Part shown: piece by piece, positions 52,749 through 64,000 of the stretch
Layout of the letters: each line of letters begins with the position of its first letter
Position numbering within the stretch: position 1 is the first letter of the stretch
Assembly (NCBI GenBank): GCA_000182565.2
Contig: KQ257450.1
Length of the DNA: 64,000 nucleotides
Direction: 5' to 3' (one strand)
From: Spizellomyces punctatus DAOM BR117
Lineage: Eukaryota
Notes under the pieces: generated by a model
The model's database searches: none
What the model was told of the DNA's origin: nothing
The model's input: the letters and a program-made list of their open reading frames with translations, nothing else
Position numbers and translations under genes: made by a program

Positions 52749-54444
52749 ATGCGGTCGAGAGATCAGCAGCTCGACCATTTTACAGAATGGCTACGAGGGA
52801 AAGGATACGACCAACATCGGCTTCAGCTGGCAGAGTTTCCCGAGACCGGGCGGGGTATGATGGCTAAAGAAGCCATTCAGGTATGCGGGCTTTCTCCTAC
52901 AGACTACTTTTATCAGTGTATTGAGTTGAAATTTCAGGTCGGACAGCCTATCGTTGAAATTCCAAGATCGTTGCTTATAACCTGTAAGACACCAGCTGTG
53001 GAAGCGACAGTCAAGAGCTTTTCTGGTGACAGGTACTGTGAACAGCGCCCTTCCGATACTATCTTGTTGTTTGTTAACCGGTGTCGCATTGGTAGTACTT
53101 TGTTATCTGAGCATCAGTCACTTGCGCTCTTTCTCGCACATCAACGGGGTATATTAGGCGAATATCGTCCGTATATTAATTTGCTGCCGACGCATTTCAC
53201 AACGGTTGCCGCATTGATGCCAAAAGAAATATTCAACCACCTTCCGTGGGAGCTGCAAGGTAAACTGCCAGTTCTGCCATCATATCTCATGCATGTTTAT
53301 GCTAAGAGACGCATAAATAGCCATGGCCAGTGCTCAACGTACCCATGTACGGCGGGACTATGCGCGTATCATGGGATTCTGTGACGACTGTAAAGGCAAG
53401 GCGGAATACTCCTCAAAAGACGGTAGTTGCCCCAACTGCTGTACGCGTCCGTCCCTCACGTATACCGATTTCGAATGGGCTTGGTTTGCAGGTACAGGAT
53501 GCAGATAGTATAAGTAAGCACATTACATGTGCATTCTGATGATGATGTGAAATGAGACTAATTATATGGTTTACGGCATCTAGTGAATACGCGATGCATT
53601 ACACTGAATACAACTCAACGGCGTATAACGCATAGTGACACGCCAAAAATCGCCTTGGCCCCGATGCTGGACTTTTTGAATCACACTTCAGAGGCAAAGA
53701 TTCAAGCCGGGTTCGATGCAACAGGGCAGTCATATCGAATCCGAACGCTGATGCCCTATGAACCAGGAGAGCAAGTATTCATCAATTACGGACCTCATGA
53801 CAACAGGTAAAACCAGAAAAGTCTGTGAAATACTGCTTTGGCAGGCTTATTTTTAATCTTTAATTTTTCCTTTGACAGTTTTCTACTAGCAGAATATGGT
53901 TTCGTCTTACGGCACAACCCATATAATCACGTCATCGTTGATCGATACATTGATGAGATCATATTGGAGGGTGAGACTGTGGATAGTCGAAGAGTTGCAA
54001 ATGACATCTTGGACGGACACGGGCTTCGCGGGTGAGTATCAAGCCCGCATAGTACCATCATGCCCAAGGACTTATTCTCTTCTCATACACTGTAGTGACT
54101 ATACACTTCATCTCGATGATGATCCATCTCCACGCCTAACAGCGGCCCTTCGAATTCGCGTCCTTTCTTCCGTTTTAAAGTCGGTCCCGCCGAACGTCGC
54201 AGACATGTGCTGGGAGCCACTCGTACCAGAGCAAGAACGTCGCGTCCAAGACGGGATCCGTTGCGTGTGCGAAGCCGTGTTATTACATGCAGAGCAGGCT
54301 CTTCGCGGCCTTTCGGGGCTCGAAGCCCATAGCAAAGAGTCGCTGGCATTCTCCATGGTGCAGCAAGTATGGAATGACACGGTTGCGATCGTGAAGGGAG
54401 TCATGCAGCGACTTGCCGACAAAGAGGATACGTGTCAGATGTGA
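52749..54444 (+). CDS. SET-domain protein lysine methyltransferase (SETD4/Rkm2-like)
   Basis: FPETGRGMMA; WAWFAVNTRCI; ALAPMLDFLNH; GEQVFINYGPHDN..LLAEYGF. Confidence 0.88.
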
Positions 54445-54531
54445 ATTAGCCATGATCCAGATCTGGCCTGGTTTTTATGTTGAGAATGTGTACATAATGC
54501 ATATATATATACAGATGCAAGGATTGCTCCC

Positions 54532-54890
54532 TTATTTCAATTTTGCAAACAGCTTATCTGCAGCCTGCCAACTGTCTTGTCAAATTGATATATTCTTGAT
54601 GATATCAGACAATCCAGCCTTGACCAACTTACGCAGTGGTTGACGCATTCCATGAGATCAAAAAATTCCTCGACACATGTTTCTTCTCCAGCGTCGCCTG
54701 CCTCTACACGCTCCGTGCATGCATCCAACTTGACCTTGAACGGCCGGCAGTGATGACTCTTGGCACATTCTATTGCACACATCGCTTTATCAGGCCCTTG
54801 GCGCTGGACATGGTTCTACCCAAGAGCCTGCTGCTCACCAGCCTCAATTTCGGGCTTTGGGTCCTGTGCGGGGTTCCAATCTTTTGGCAT
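54532..54890 (-). CDS. QCR6: Ubiquinol-cytochrome c reductase hinge subunit
   Basis: DPKPEIEA|ECAKSHHC...LDACTERV...ETCVEEFFDLMECVNHC|AADKLFAKLK*. Confidence 0.9.
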
Positions 54891-55096
54891 TTGAAAGTCA
54901 ACGACAGCGCAGAGCAGTTTCTCAAAACCCAATTGGGATGATGCATGGCTGTGCCACAATGCTGATTGGATAGAATTCAGAGAGGCAAAGTGATTGTGCC
55001 CCATCCATTAGCGAATTGGTTTTGGAAAAGAAAAATTCCTTTTGAACTTTTGAAGGGCTGGCTGCTGTTTTTTTCTTCCTTTCTCCACCATCCAAC

Positions 55097-56639
55097 ATGG
55101 CTACTGACTCAAAGTAGGTGAACAATCACAAGCGGTCGTTGAAATTGGGGAGGACGACCGGGTGCTTGGGTTGACCCGATGATCTTGGGTTGTGACGAGA
55201 CTTTGCAATACTAATATCTTTTGGTCAACAAGGAATCCACCCGCTGAAGGGACCTTCACCGATGTGCCCGAAGGTGAAATTGAGGTACGTCCCCGGCTCC
55301 TGCGAAATCGGTTTGAGCAACTGCGAGGGGTTGTGGTAACTAACTAGATCACGTTGATAGTCCAACTGGGACGAGGTTGTCGACAAGTTCGATGACATGA
55401 AGCTTCGGGAGGAGCTTTTGCGTGGTATCTACGCGTATGGGTGAGTTAGCGGTAGAATGAAGATTTTACTGTCATCAAAGTCTTTCTGACCCATTTTACC
55501 TTGTCAGTTTCGAGCGCCCATCCGCCATCCAGCAACGTGCTATTCTCCCCGTGATCAAAGGTCACGATGTGATCGCTCAGGCACAATCCGGTACCGGAAA
55601 GACTGCCACATTCTCCATCTCCATCCTGCAGTCCCTGGACATGTCGAAAAAGGAGTGCCAGGCTCTTATCCTTGCCCCTACTCGAGAACTTGCCCAGCAG
55701 ATCCAGAAGGTACTGATCGCCCTCGGCGACTACATGCAAGTGGAATGCCACGCCTGCATCGGTGGTACCAACGTCCGTGAGGACATGCGTCGGCTTGAGG
55801 CTGGCGTTCATGTTGTCGTCGGAACCCCTGGGCGTGTGTTCGATATGATCAACCGCCGCGCTCTCCGTTCCGACTCTATCAAGATGTTCGTGTTGGACGA
55901 GGCCGATGAAATGTTGTCTCGTGGTTTCAAGGAACAGATCTACGATGTGTTCCAACTTCTTCCTCCGGCCACCCAGGTCGTTCTCCTTTCTGCTACCATG
56001 CCCGGTGATGTCTTGGAAGTTACCAAGCGTTTCATGCGTGACCCCGTCCGTATTCTCGTGAAGCGTGACGAGCTTACCTTGGAAGGTATCAAGCAGTTCT
56101 ACGTAGCTGTGGAAAAGGAAGACTGGAAATTGGACACTCTCTGCGACCTGTACGAAACCGTCACCATCACTCAAGCTGTCATCTTCTGCAACACCCGCAG
56201 GAAGGTCGACTGGCTTACCGAGAAGATGCACGCTCGTGAGTTCACTGTATCTGCAATGGTAAGAGGGAGCAGGTCCATGTTTTCCTTGGTTTATCTTGTT
56301 CTATATTTATCATCCATATGTTAATAGCACGGTGACATGACCCAACAAGAGCGTGACGTTATTATGAAGGAGTTCCGATCTGGATCCTCTCGTGTTTTGA
56401 TTACCACTGACTTACTTGCTCGTGGTATTGATGTGCAACAAGTTTCCCTGGTTATCAACTACGATCTTCCAACCAACCGGGAGAACTACATTCACCGTAT
56501 CGGTCGTGGTGGTCGTTTCGGTCGTAAGGGTGTTGCTATCAACTTTGTAACATCCGACGATGTCCGTATGCTTCGTGATATTGAGCAGTTCTACAACACA
56601 CAAGTGGAAGAAATGCCCATGAACATTGCTGACCTGTGA
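55097..56639 (+). CDS. TIF1: Eukaryotic translation initiation factor 4A (DEAD-box helicase)
   Basis: [52 protein letters not shown]. Confidence 0.97.
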
Positions 56640-57639
56640 GTGGTTCTTCTGGATAACATTTTTGCTCGGCGCATGTCAGCTAACTTTTTTAATATCCAGT
56701 ATCTAATTTTTCGGTGGAAGATGAGCTTTCAACCAGACCTGACTCTCACAGTGTCAGCCGTAATTTCGGCCCATCTTTTGCGCTTCTTACTTGTTTGTTC
56801 TTATGATGCTGCTTCTCATGCGGCCCTGTATAAATGTCGTTGTGCCGCGCCGCAGTCTGCACTTTCAATAGATTACTTTGCTATCTAAATATCTTAAAGT
56901 ATTTACTGTTAATGAAAAAGTCCCTTGAGCAACCAGGACGAGTTACGACCGATCAAGTGTCCCTTGGCTGTAATGGGAGACATGCAGGCCATATGATCAG
57001 GGAAAGAACGATCACGTAGTAGCCACGGTAGCTTTACTTTCTCCTGTTGGCGCGCGTTGGACAATCAGATGTGCTTAACGCAGGCCAAGCGTTCACCTAC
57101 TGCGCTGAGTCTGGGAGTCTGGGGAGGGCGACGTCCTCACGGCCACGATGGAGCCGGCGGTGGAGCGCCCACAACAAATAATTTCCACATCTCATTGTTT
57201 GATGGATATATGGTTAAAGTTCTCCTATCGTTCATCCAAGGTTCCGAAACTTTAAAAATATCCGGGTTTGTTACCTTTGGACGATTCTCCAGCGGATCTT
57301 TGATTTGACAAAAGCGATCACAAGTTTCGATCTTCTTTGGGCATGGGTTGTAATGGGTATTCTAACTTGAACACTAAGAAGACTTTCAAGGCTCATATTG
57401 CTCTTGATACAACTTGAATGGTAGGAGCACCTATGTATTGTACAGCAACTTTAAAGTGATTTCGAATGAGTTAAGGTTAAGAACCCTGGGGTTACGGCAA
57501 GGAAAGGTAAACGTTTATTACAACACTATTCCTCTCTTGCATGATACATCACTCTATAAAATCATATCTGTAGATATACTCGACAGTCTCTCGTTCAACT
57601 CATTCAAAATCATCAATCGCCCTCTCCTCCACAATCTCC

Positions 57640-59314
57640 TTATTTCTTGATCACATCGAAATCAGCGGGAGGGAAGATGATACCGTACATGACCGCAACA
57701 GCTTCCATGATGACAGCAACGAACTGGAATGCGACGGTTACAGGGATACCGATGATGACCAAAATAGGGTTGTAACCCTTGTCGACGTTTTGCACAAACA
57801 TGCCGAGCACATACAGGTAAATGAAGACGATGAAGGAAAAGTCTTTGAGAATACCGAACCACCGTGGGGTATCCGTTGGTACATAGAATCCGAGAACAAT
57901 GGATGCGATGGTGCAGTACAGAGAAACAAGACCAAGGGCCCAGAACAAAGCCAGCACCTTTGGAAGAAACGATGGAAGACGACGAATTCCGACAAACCAT
58001 CGTCGACGCTGTTTCAAGAACCCAATCAAGTCGAGTGGCGATTGTTCGCGAACAATACCGGAAATGTTTCCGCATTTGAAGCCGAGCTTCCATGCACTCA
58101 CAGCAAATTGGAAGTCTTCGGTCAAACCTAAAGAGCAGGTAGTGAGTATTCATTTTGAGGGAAGCAACGGTTTTTGTTACGACACTTACTGCCCAAGTCC
58201 CAAGTAACCGCATTTTCAACGGCACCGTTGGTCAAAAGAAAACTGCCATGAGCACCGAAAACTGGACGGCGAAGATAGGTGTATTGCAAGTGGAACCTCG
58301 CCAAATCATCACCAACCCTCAATCCATCAGCAACGGTAAAGAATGGGTTGCGCCAGAATTTGTACTGGTTGTAGAGAATGATTCCTTGACCCCAAGAATA
58401 ATCCTTTTCGTATCTGATGAAATTCAAACATCTCTGAACGGATTCATCGTCAATCACACTTTCCTCATCCAAATGCAGAACCCAGTCATGCTCAGTGTAG
58501 CGCATTGTCGTGCGGTACCATTCCAAGGCGCGGGCCTTGTACTTTGAGCGGGCAGTAGAGAAGGATTTGGGACAGGTGTAGCAGTTGATGTTATCGAAAT
58601 GGTTAGGCTCATCTGTGAGGACGTGGACCCGAATGCAGGGATCGAGTTTTTCGAGGTGCTTATGGGCGTTCCATGCACGCATCACAGCTTCTTTGTTGTC
58701 GCCCTTGGTCACCGTTAGAATGTAAAGGTTATCAACCCGACGCGGTGCGACGTCCTTGGGGGGCGGACGTGCATTGTGAATGGGAAGAATAAGCCCAGCA
58801 AAGCAGATAGCAGTATAGGGAAGAGGAAGTAACCATCCTGACAGATTGAAAGAAAGCTCTAATTTAGTACGAAAAGCAGAGGGTTCTTTTCTAGGTTGGC
58901 ACACATACCCATCTTCCAGTAACAACCCTTATTCCAAATCTCTTCATCCGTATAGCCTTGAGGAATCCAAAAGCTCATGACGTAGGTTGCACCCAGGATA
59001 ATGATTGCATGGAAGATCCACGCCCAACTCATCAGAGCCATAACGAGCTTAGTACGGCCTTTGTTCAACACTACGTCCTTTGTTTCTTCAGAAAGCTGGA
59101 TATCGCTGATATTGGCCTTCTTGGGCGTTGGCGCAACGTCTATTGCCAGATTCTGATCATTGAGTGTTTCAAGAGAAGATGCATGGCTGTATCGCGAAGC
59201 AGTGTCATTGGAGTAATCGCTGACATTTGAAGGCCTGCCAGGAACTTCGACCAATGCAGGCGGTTCAAGATCCGGGATGGCCTTTTTACGAGGAGAACCG
59301 GGTTTACGAGGCAT
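57640..59314 (-). CDS. Glycosyltransferase family 2, egghead/BRE-3-like beta-1,4-mannosyltransferase homologue
   Basis: KYKARALEW; WVLHLDEES; GQGIILY; ADGLRVGDDLARF; HGSFLL; TEDFQFA; EQSPLDLIGFLKQRRRWFVG (QxxRW); C-terminal TMs ending FDVIKK*. Confidence 0.88.
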
Positions 59315-60317
59315 TGCGGTTTTCCTAGCAGGCTTTTCTCTTCACGTTTTTGGTTTCTCGTTGCCTGTTGGGTCGCGAGCAGGAAAACTATCAAGACAGG
59401 GGACCAAAGATCATCCAATGTCTTTTATTCGTAGATATCGGTAAATCTCCGATATCAGTTTACCAAGAGGTATTCATCCATTACTCTTTTGGCGCCATAA
59501 ATAGCTCTTGAGTCCACCGCCTCACGCGCCTGCGCGTGCCGGTAAGCTCACCCCCCAGAGATCCTATACTATTGACTGGATAAGTTCATCCAACGGATCT
59601 TTAAGTTTATTCGGAAAGCTTTTTGGTAGATAGTATACGCGATGCTTCTAGAATCAAGGAAAGTAATTTGCAGATGTCTTCATTCCTTTGTGCAACGATT
59701 ATACCCGCGGATAAGATGCAACAATCATATGTCCGTGGTCCTGAGACGGGGGTTCCTGTCAACCTTGCTATCATGCCTCGTGAAAAATAAGAATCTACGT
59801 GCAGATGAATACCTGCTGATAGTCGGTTGTACTATCACCAGCTGTTTTCGGAATAAGGGAATACTAACGCATATCAAAAGAATGCTTCTGCACAAGTCGC
59901 TGCAGCGACTTCATGGACGTCCACATTGAATAGTTGTGATATATTGTCAAGTCAACTCTCTTTGTATATTAAATGCACAAGATAAACCATAGTGGTCACT
60001 ACTCTATCATAAATGCACACAGAACTGGAATCGTCAATATTCAATCTGGCTACTTGAAAACAGCAGCACCTGGTCAAGCAGTTTGTCGGACATGGGTTTC
60101 GTAAGCGCTAAGCCACGCATTAGCCAATCCCTCCACAAGTCCACGACGTCACAACTTTCCGCAAGCTTTCAGCTGGAGATCAGCAGACGGAATTCGAGTT
60201 CTAAGCATCCCTTGGCTTGCAAACGTAGTATAAAGCTCCCTTTCTCTTCGATTAGTCGACTAATCAAACTAGCGCGCGCGAGGACACACTGAACCATTAG
60301 GGTTTGCAAAAGTCATA

Positions 60318-61912
60318 ATGGACCAACTATCTGAATACCGGCGCCGACACGCAGAGCGGACAGGGCAAAGTCTCAGTGATGATATGCCAGGTGCATTCCC
60401 ATCCTTAAGCTCAGACACGCGACAAACCGAACAAAACACATCAACTCCAGACCGTCAAATCGAAGAAGATCATTTGTTGGCCATGCGTCTTGCCGAAGAA
60501 GACGAAGAAACGTACAGGCGATTTCGACAGCAGGCGGAAGAGGATGAGCGATATGCTAGGGAGCTGGAGAGAGAGGAGCGAGCACGACATGAAGGAGCCT
60601 TGGACGAGACAGGTGAGAAGGGCATTTTCGAGCGCGTTTGTGTCCCAGCATTTTCTCACATGTAATAATATCACACAGCTGTATCAACCACGCAAGATCA
60701 CTCCCTTCCTTCTTACAGATTCGGATATGAATTCTCACCAAGGAGCGTACCTTCCGCAGTATCAGCTTCCAATGACACCGATCAGCATCCATCACTATCA
60801 TCCAGTCGAAGAGGGAGCGGCGGGGAACAGCCTCCCATGACCCCGCTGCGTCGCGATCCTTCATCTGCTGCATCTCGTTCATCACAATTAGACTTTGACG
60901 CACAATTAGCACAACAGCTTGCTTTGGAAGAGTCAGGATATGACCCATTCCACCCGAGTGAAAGCGACGAAGAGTTTTCATCTCGGCCTTCAAGTTCCCT
61001 CAGCCCGTTTCTTCATCCCTCGTCACGTTCAGCATCAGATCGAGACGAAAGAGTAGCAGCTGCTCTTCACGATCCAATGTCTGCGGTTTTGGCACATCTC
61101 TTTACATCTGTTCCCACAAGGCAAACAGCAATGAGGAGACCGGAAGGTGGGGTTCGAACATTTACGTTTGGGTATGACTCGAATCGGGGATTCTTTGCTG
61201 GCCGAGGGGGTGAAGATGGGTCTAATACGGGTTCAACCAGTCGTCTTATTTCTCCCGGTAAGAATTTTATGATTTCCTCAGAATATGTTTCAGCGGCATG
61301 CTCCGCAAAAGTACGAGAGGTCCTCACTATACTACTTTTGAAAACAGGAATGGATCCTATGCTTGCTGCTCTTCATCTCATGTCGTCTGTCGAACCCTCA
61401 AGCTCGAGCGAAAACAATCCGTACGCCGCTTACCGTTCTCATTTTCGTCCCCTATTCGTGACCCAATTTGGCGCTGACCTTGGAGGCGCATTGTTTGATG
61501 CCATGCCTGCTACTTATGAAGATATGCTTGCATTAGCAGAGCGACTTGGCCCTGCCAAGGAGCGTGGAGCGAAAGACGACGAAATCAGTAATTTACCCGT
61601 TATAAAATGGGGAGAAAAAACCGCGGATATGGAAGAAAAGGAGGGAAAGGCGTGTGCGATCTGTATGAGTGATTTTGAGAAAGGCGACGAGGTGATGATG
61701 ATCCCCGCATGTGCTCATCCGTGAGTTTCGCGTTGCTGTTCATATCCTTGTTTAGACTTGCTGATGGGACTTTTGAATCGCGTAGATTTCATAAATCTTG
61801 CGGCGCCCAATGGTTGAAGGTGAATCGTACATGTCCAATATGTAGAAAAGATATCAGGGATGTAAAAGATAGCAGTGGTAAAGCAGGTCCGAGTACCAAC
61901 AAGAGCTCATAG
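60318..61912 (+). CDS. RING-H2 E3 ubiquitin ligase with UIM-like acidic helices
   Basis: DHLLAMRLAEE, DERYARELE, DAQLAQQLALEE; TYEDMLALAERLG; CAICMSDF...C-H...FH..C...WL....CPICR. Confidence 0.88.
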
Positions 61913-62254
61913 GCACACTACTCGCTGTTAGGGTAGAATATCAGGGCGTATAAGCCGTAGAACTGCGTAGTGGATGGGGTAATAGTCTGAAGCCACAGTG
62001 CAGGGTTGGGTTCTACTCATATCTCTCAGCCGTGACATGCTACGTATGGTTATTTCAAATATCCACTCATTTTTTTTGATGATCAAAATCCGACTTTTTT
62101 CTATTACTTGGAGCTTTTTGTCCATCAAACGATCGGTCTTTGTGTTATGTAATGCTTACCACGGGAGCGCGAAGCTCAACGTCATGACTTTCGAATGTTC
62201 TAAAGCGGGAGACGAACATTGTCCATCTCCCAATTCACTGTGGACTTGTTCAGC

Positions 62255-62881
62255 ATGGCTCAAGCAGACAGTAGGAAAACCGTTCCTGGTCAGGTCACCA
62301 TTGTGATGGGGACAGCAGGGAGCGGAAAGAGTACCATTGCAAAAGCACTCGCCGACGCACTTGCTCCCAATGCGGCATACCTTGATGCTGACGATTTCCA
62401 TTCTGAAGAGAACAAGCAAAAGATGGCAAGAGGTGAGGTAAGGTCTAGGGAGGCAATATGCGGAGTTTGTAAAAACCTCTGTATCTCATTTTATTGTCGT
62501 GTCTAGCCACTGACGGATGAGGACCGTTGGCCATGGCTCAGACGGTGTGTGGAAGAAATCAAAAAGCAGTTATCACAAACACCATCTGCCTACATTTTCT
62601 TTGCATGCTCCGCATTGAAGAAAGCGTACAGAGATTTTCTTCGTCAAGCGGGGTCTCCAGAACATCCTATCCGATTCTTGTATCTCAAAGGGTCCAAAGA
62701 ACTCCTCGCGAAACGGGTCGCATCCCGTCCTCACCATTTCTTTAAAATGCAATTATTAGATAGCCAATTTGCGACTCTTGAAGAGCCGGATCCCAAGTCA
62801 GAGCCTGATGTTGTGGTAGTCAGTGTGGATGGGACTGTACAAGAAGTTCTGCAGCGAGCCAAGGAGGCTCTTGGTCTATGA
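62255..62881 (+). CDS. Gluconokinase (GntK/IdnK type), 1 intron
   Basis: VMGTAGSGKST; DADDFHSEENKQKMARG; PLTDEDRWPWL; ACSALKKAYRD; LLDSQFATLEEP. Confidence 0.93.
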
Positions 62882-63335
62882 TTTGCAGCATCAACCGTTT
62901 GTAGTTTTAAGGCCTTTGCTACATTTTGTATAGGGTCCATAGTCATCTGTAGTGCTGCATATTATCTTTCAGGTTATATTATTTTCTGTATCTGAGGGTA
63001 TAATGAGATTTATTGGTGAGGTGCTCTGGCGACCGCGCGGAGACGAACGGCGAGTTCCATGGATATTTTCCATCATCATTCAGCTGTCGACCAGTCAAGC
63101 TATGGCAAAGCATTAGTTGTTTGTTCACCGCTCTACCATGAAACAGGACGGGAGCTACGACGAGAGCGGATGCCCTCCTTCAACTCGAGGCGCTCCTAAA
63201 ACAGCCTTTCAGGTTGATATGTTTGTCAATGGAACAGCAGTGGTACGGCGAGATGCGAAAATGGAGGTGTTCTCATTCGTATGCACAATATCGGACTACA
63301 TATCGTGCTCACAGGTGTGGAGATCGTATATTAAG

Positions 63336-64000
63336 TTAACCTGCTAGCAACCGATCTACACGTACACGGTCTTCATCGGTATACATATCCTTGGGAATAT
63401 CGATGGTTTTATGTGGTCGTAAGGCAAGATATTCTTTGAGTCTGATGGCATCAATAGAGTTCCGCTGGCCCTCAACAAGAAACTGGAGCTCCATTTCCTG
63501 GGAAGTGAGAAAACCTGACGTGAAAAACCGAATGCTGGAAACGCAAGGTTACCACAGCGACAACTTACTCTAAATGCCAAAGCCTTGTTCAGCTTCTTTC
63601 TCATTCGTTCTCGCGCTCGTCGAGCCATCTCCTCTCCAGCATCTTCCCTTTCTTTTCCGTTTCCCCATTTCATTCTCGCTGCTTCAATTTGTTGCCTAAC
63701 GAGGCGCTTTTCGTCCCGTAATCGTGCCTTTGCACGTTGCCCACTCCGCTCAATCATTTGTGCCACTGGAGCTGGTGGTGCGGTATATGCTTCGTATTTC
63801 GCTACCGTTTGAGGTGCTAATGACCGGAGCTTGCCTTTTGGGATTGAGGCGGGGGAAAAACTAGAGGTCTCTGACAGGGGGAAAGGTTTGTAGGGAGTAG
63901 CGGGTGGTAGGTTCGGTGCTTGTGAGTTTTTCCGACGAATATTCGAAGGTCGGTCGGGTGTGGGTGAATCAAGAGCATTGGAGGTAGCCGCGGGATGGGA
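63336..64000 (-). CDS. 3' part of a hypothetical protein with a basic coiled-coil region; 5' end lies outside the window
   Basis: Open frame ...ARERMRKKLNKALAFR, GT-AG intron, then EMELQFLVEG...DRVRVDRLLAG*. Confidence 0.6.

Noticed and set aside
55446-56231. 261-aa ORF antisense to eIF4A
   Set aside because: Shadow ORF expected from strong codon bias on the sense strand; no independent motifs
62879-63000. Stop-codon readthrough or selenocysteine recoding at TGA-ending genes (gluconokinase, HSP20)
   Set aside because: No TGA-CTA context, no downstream PTS1 and no identifiable SECIS; in-frame stops I examined elsewhere are explained by introns

Overview
Gene-dense, intron-rich eukaryotic DNA from an early-diverging, flagellated fungus. 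A chytrid (probably Spizellomycetales-like) is inferred from fungal-type CYP51, tropomyosin and Qcr6 occurring together with full-length talin, DNA-PKcs and IFT25, which yeasts lack. I can support 24 protein-coding genes (the last one 5'-truncated) and two tRNA genes (Lys-CTT, Leu-AAG). Introns are mostly short GT-AG; CDS coordinates are whole-gene spans including introns, assembled by eye. No transposon, viral insertion, CRISPR array or rRNA is evident, and I did not find a convincing new multi-gene system. Best leads: a predicted 123-aa ultra-short tropomyosin built with an 11-nt microexon; an animal-length talin; a DNA-PKcs with a conserved ABCDE-like TQ cluster; a Pth-family protein with altered active-site motifs; an intronless unknown protein; an egghead-like GT2; and (CATC)n tracts upstream of both ribosomal protein genes.
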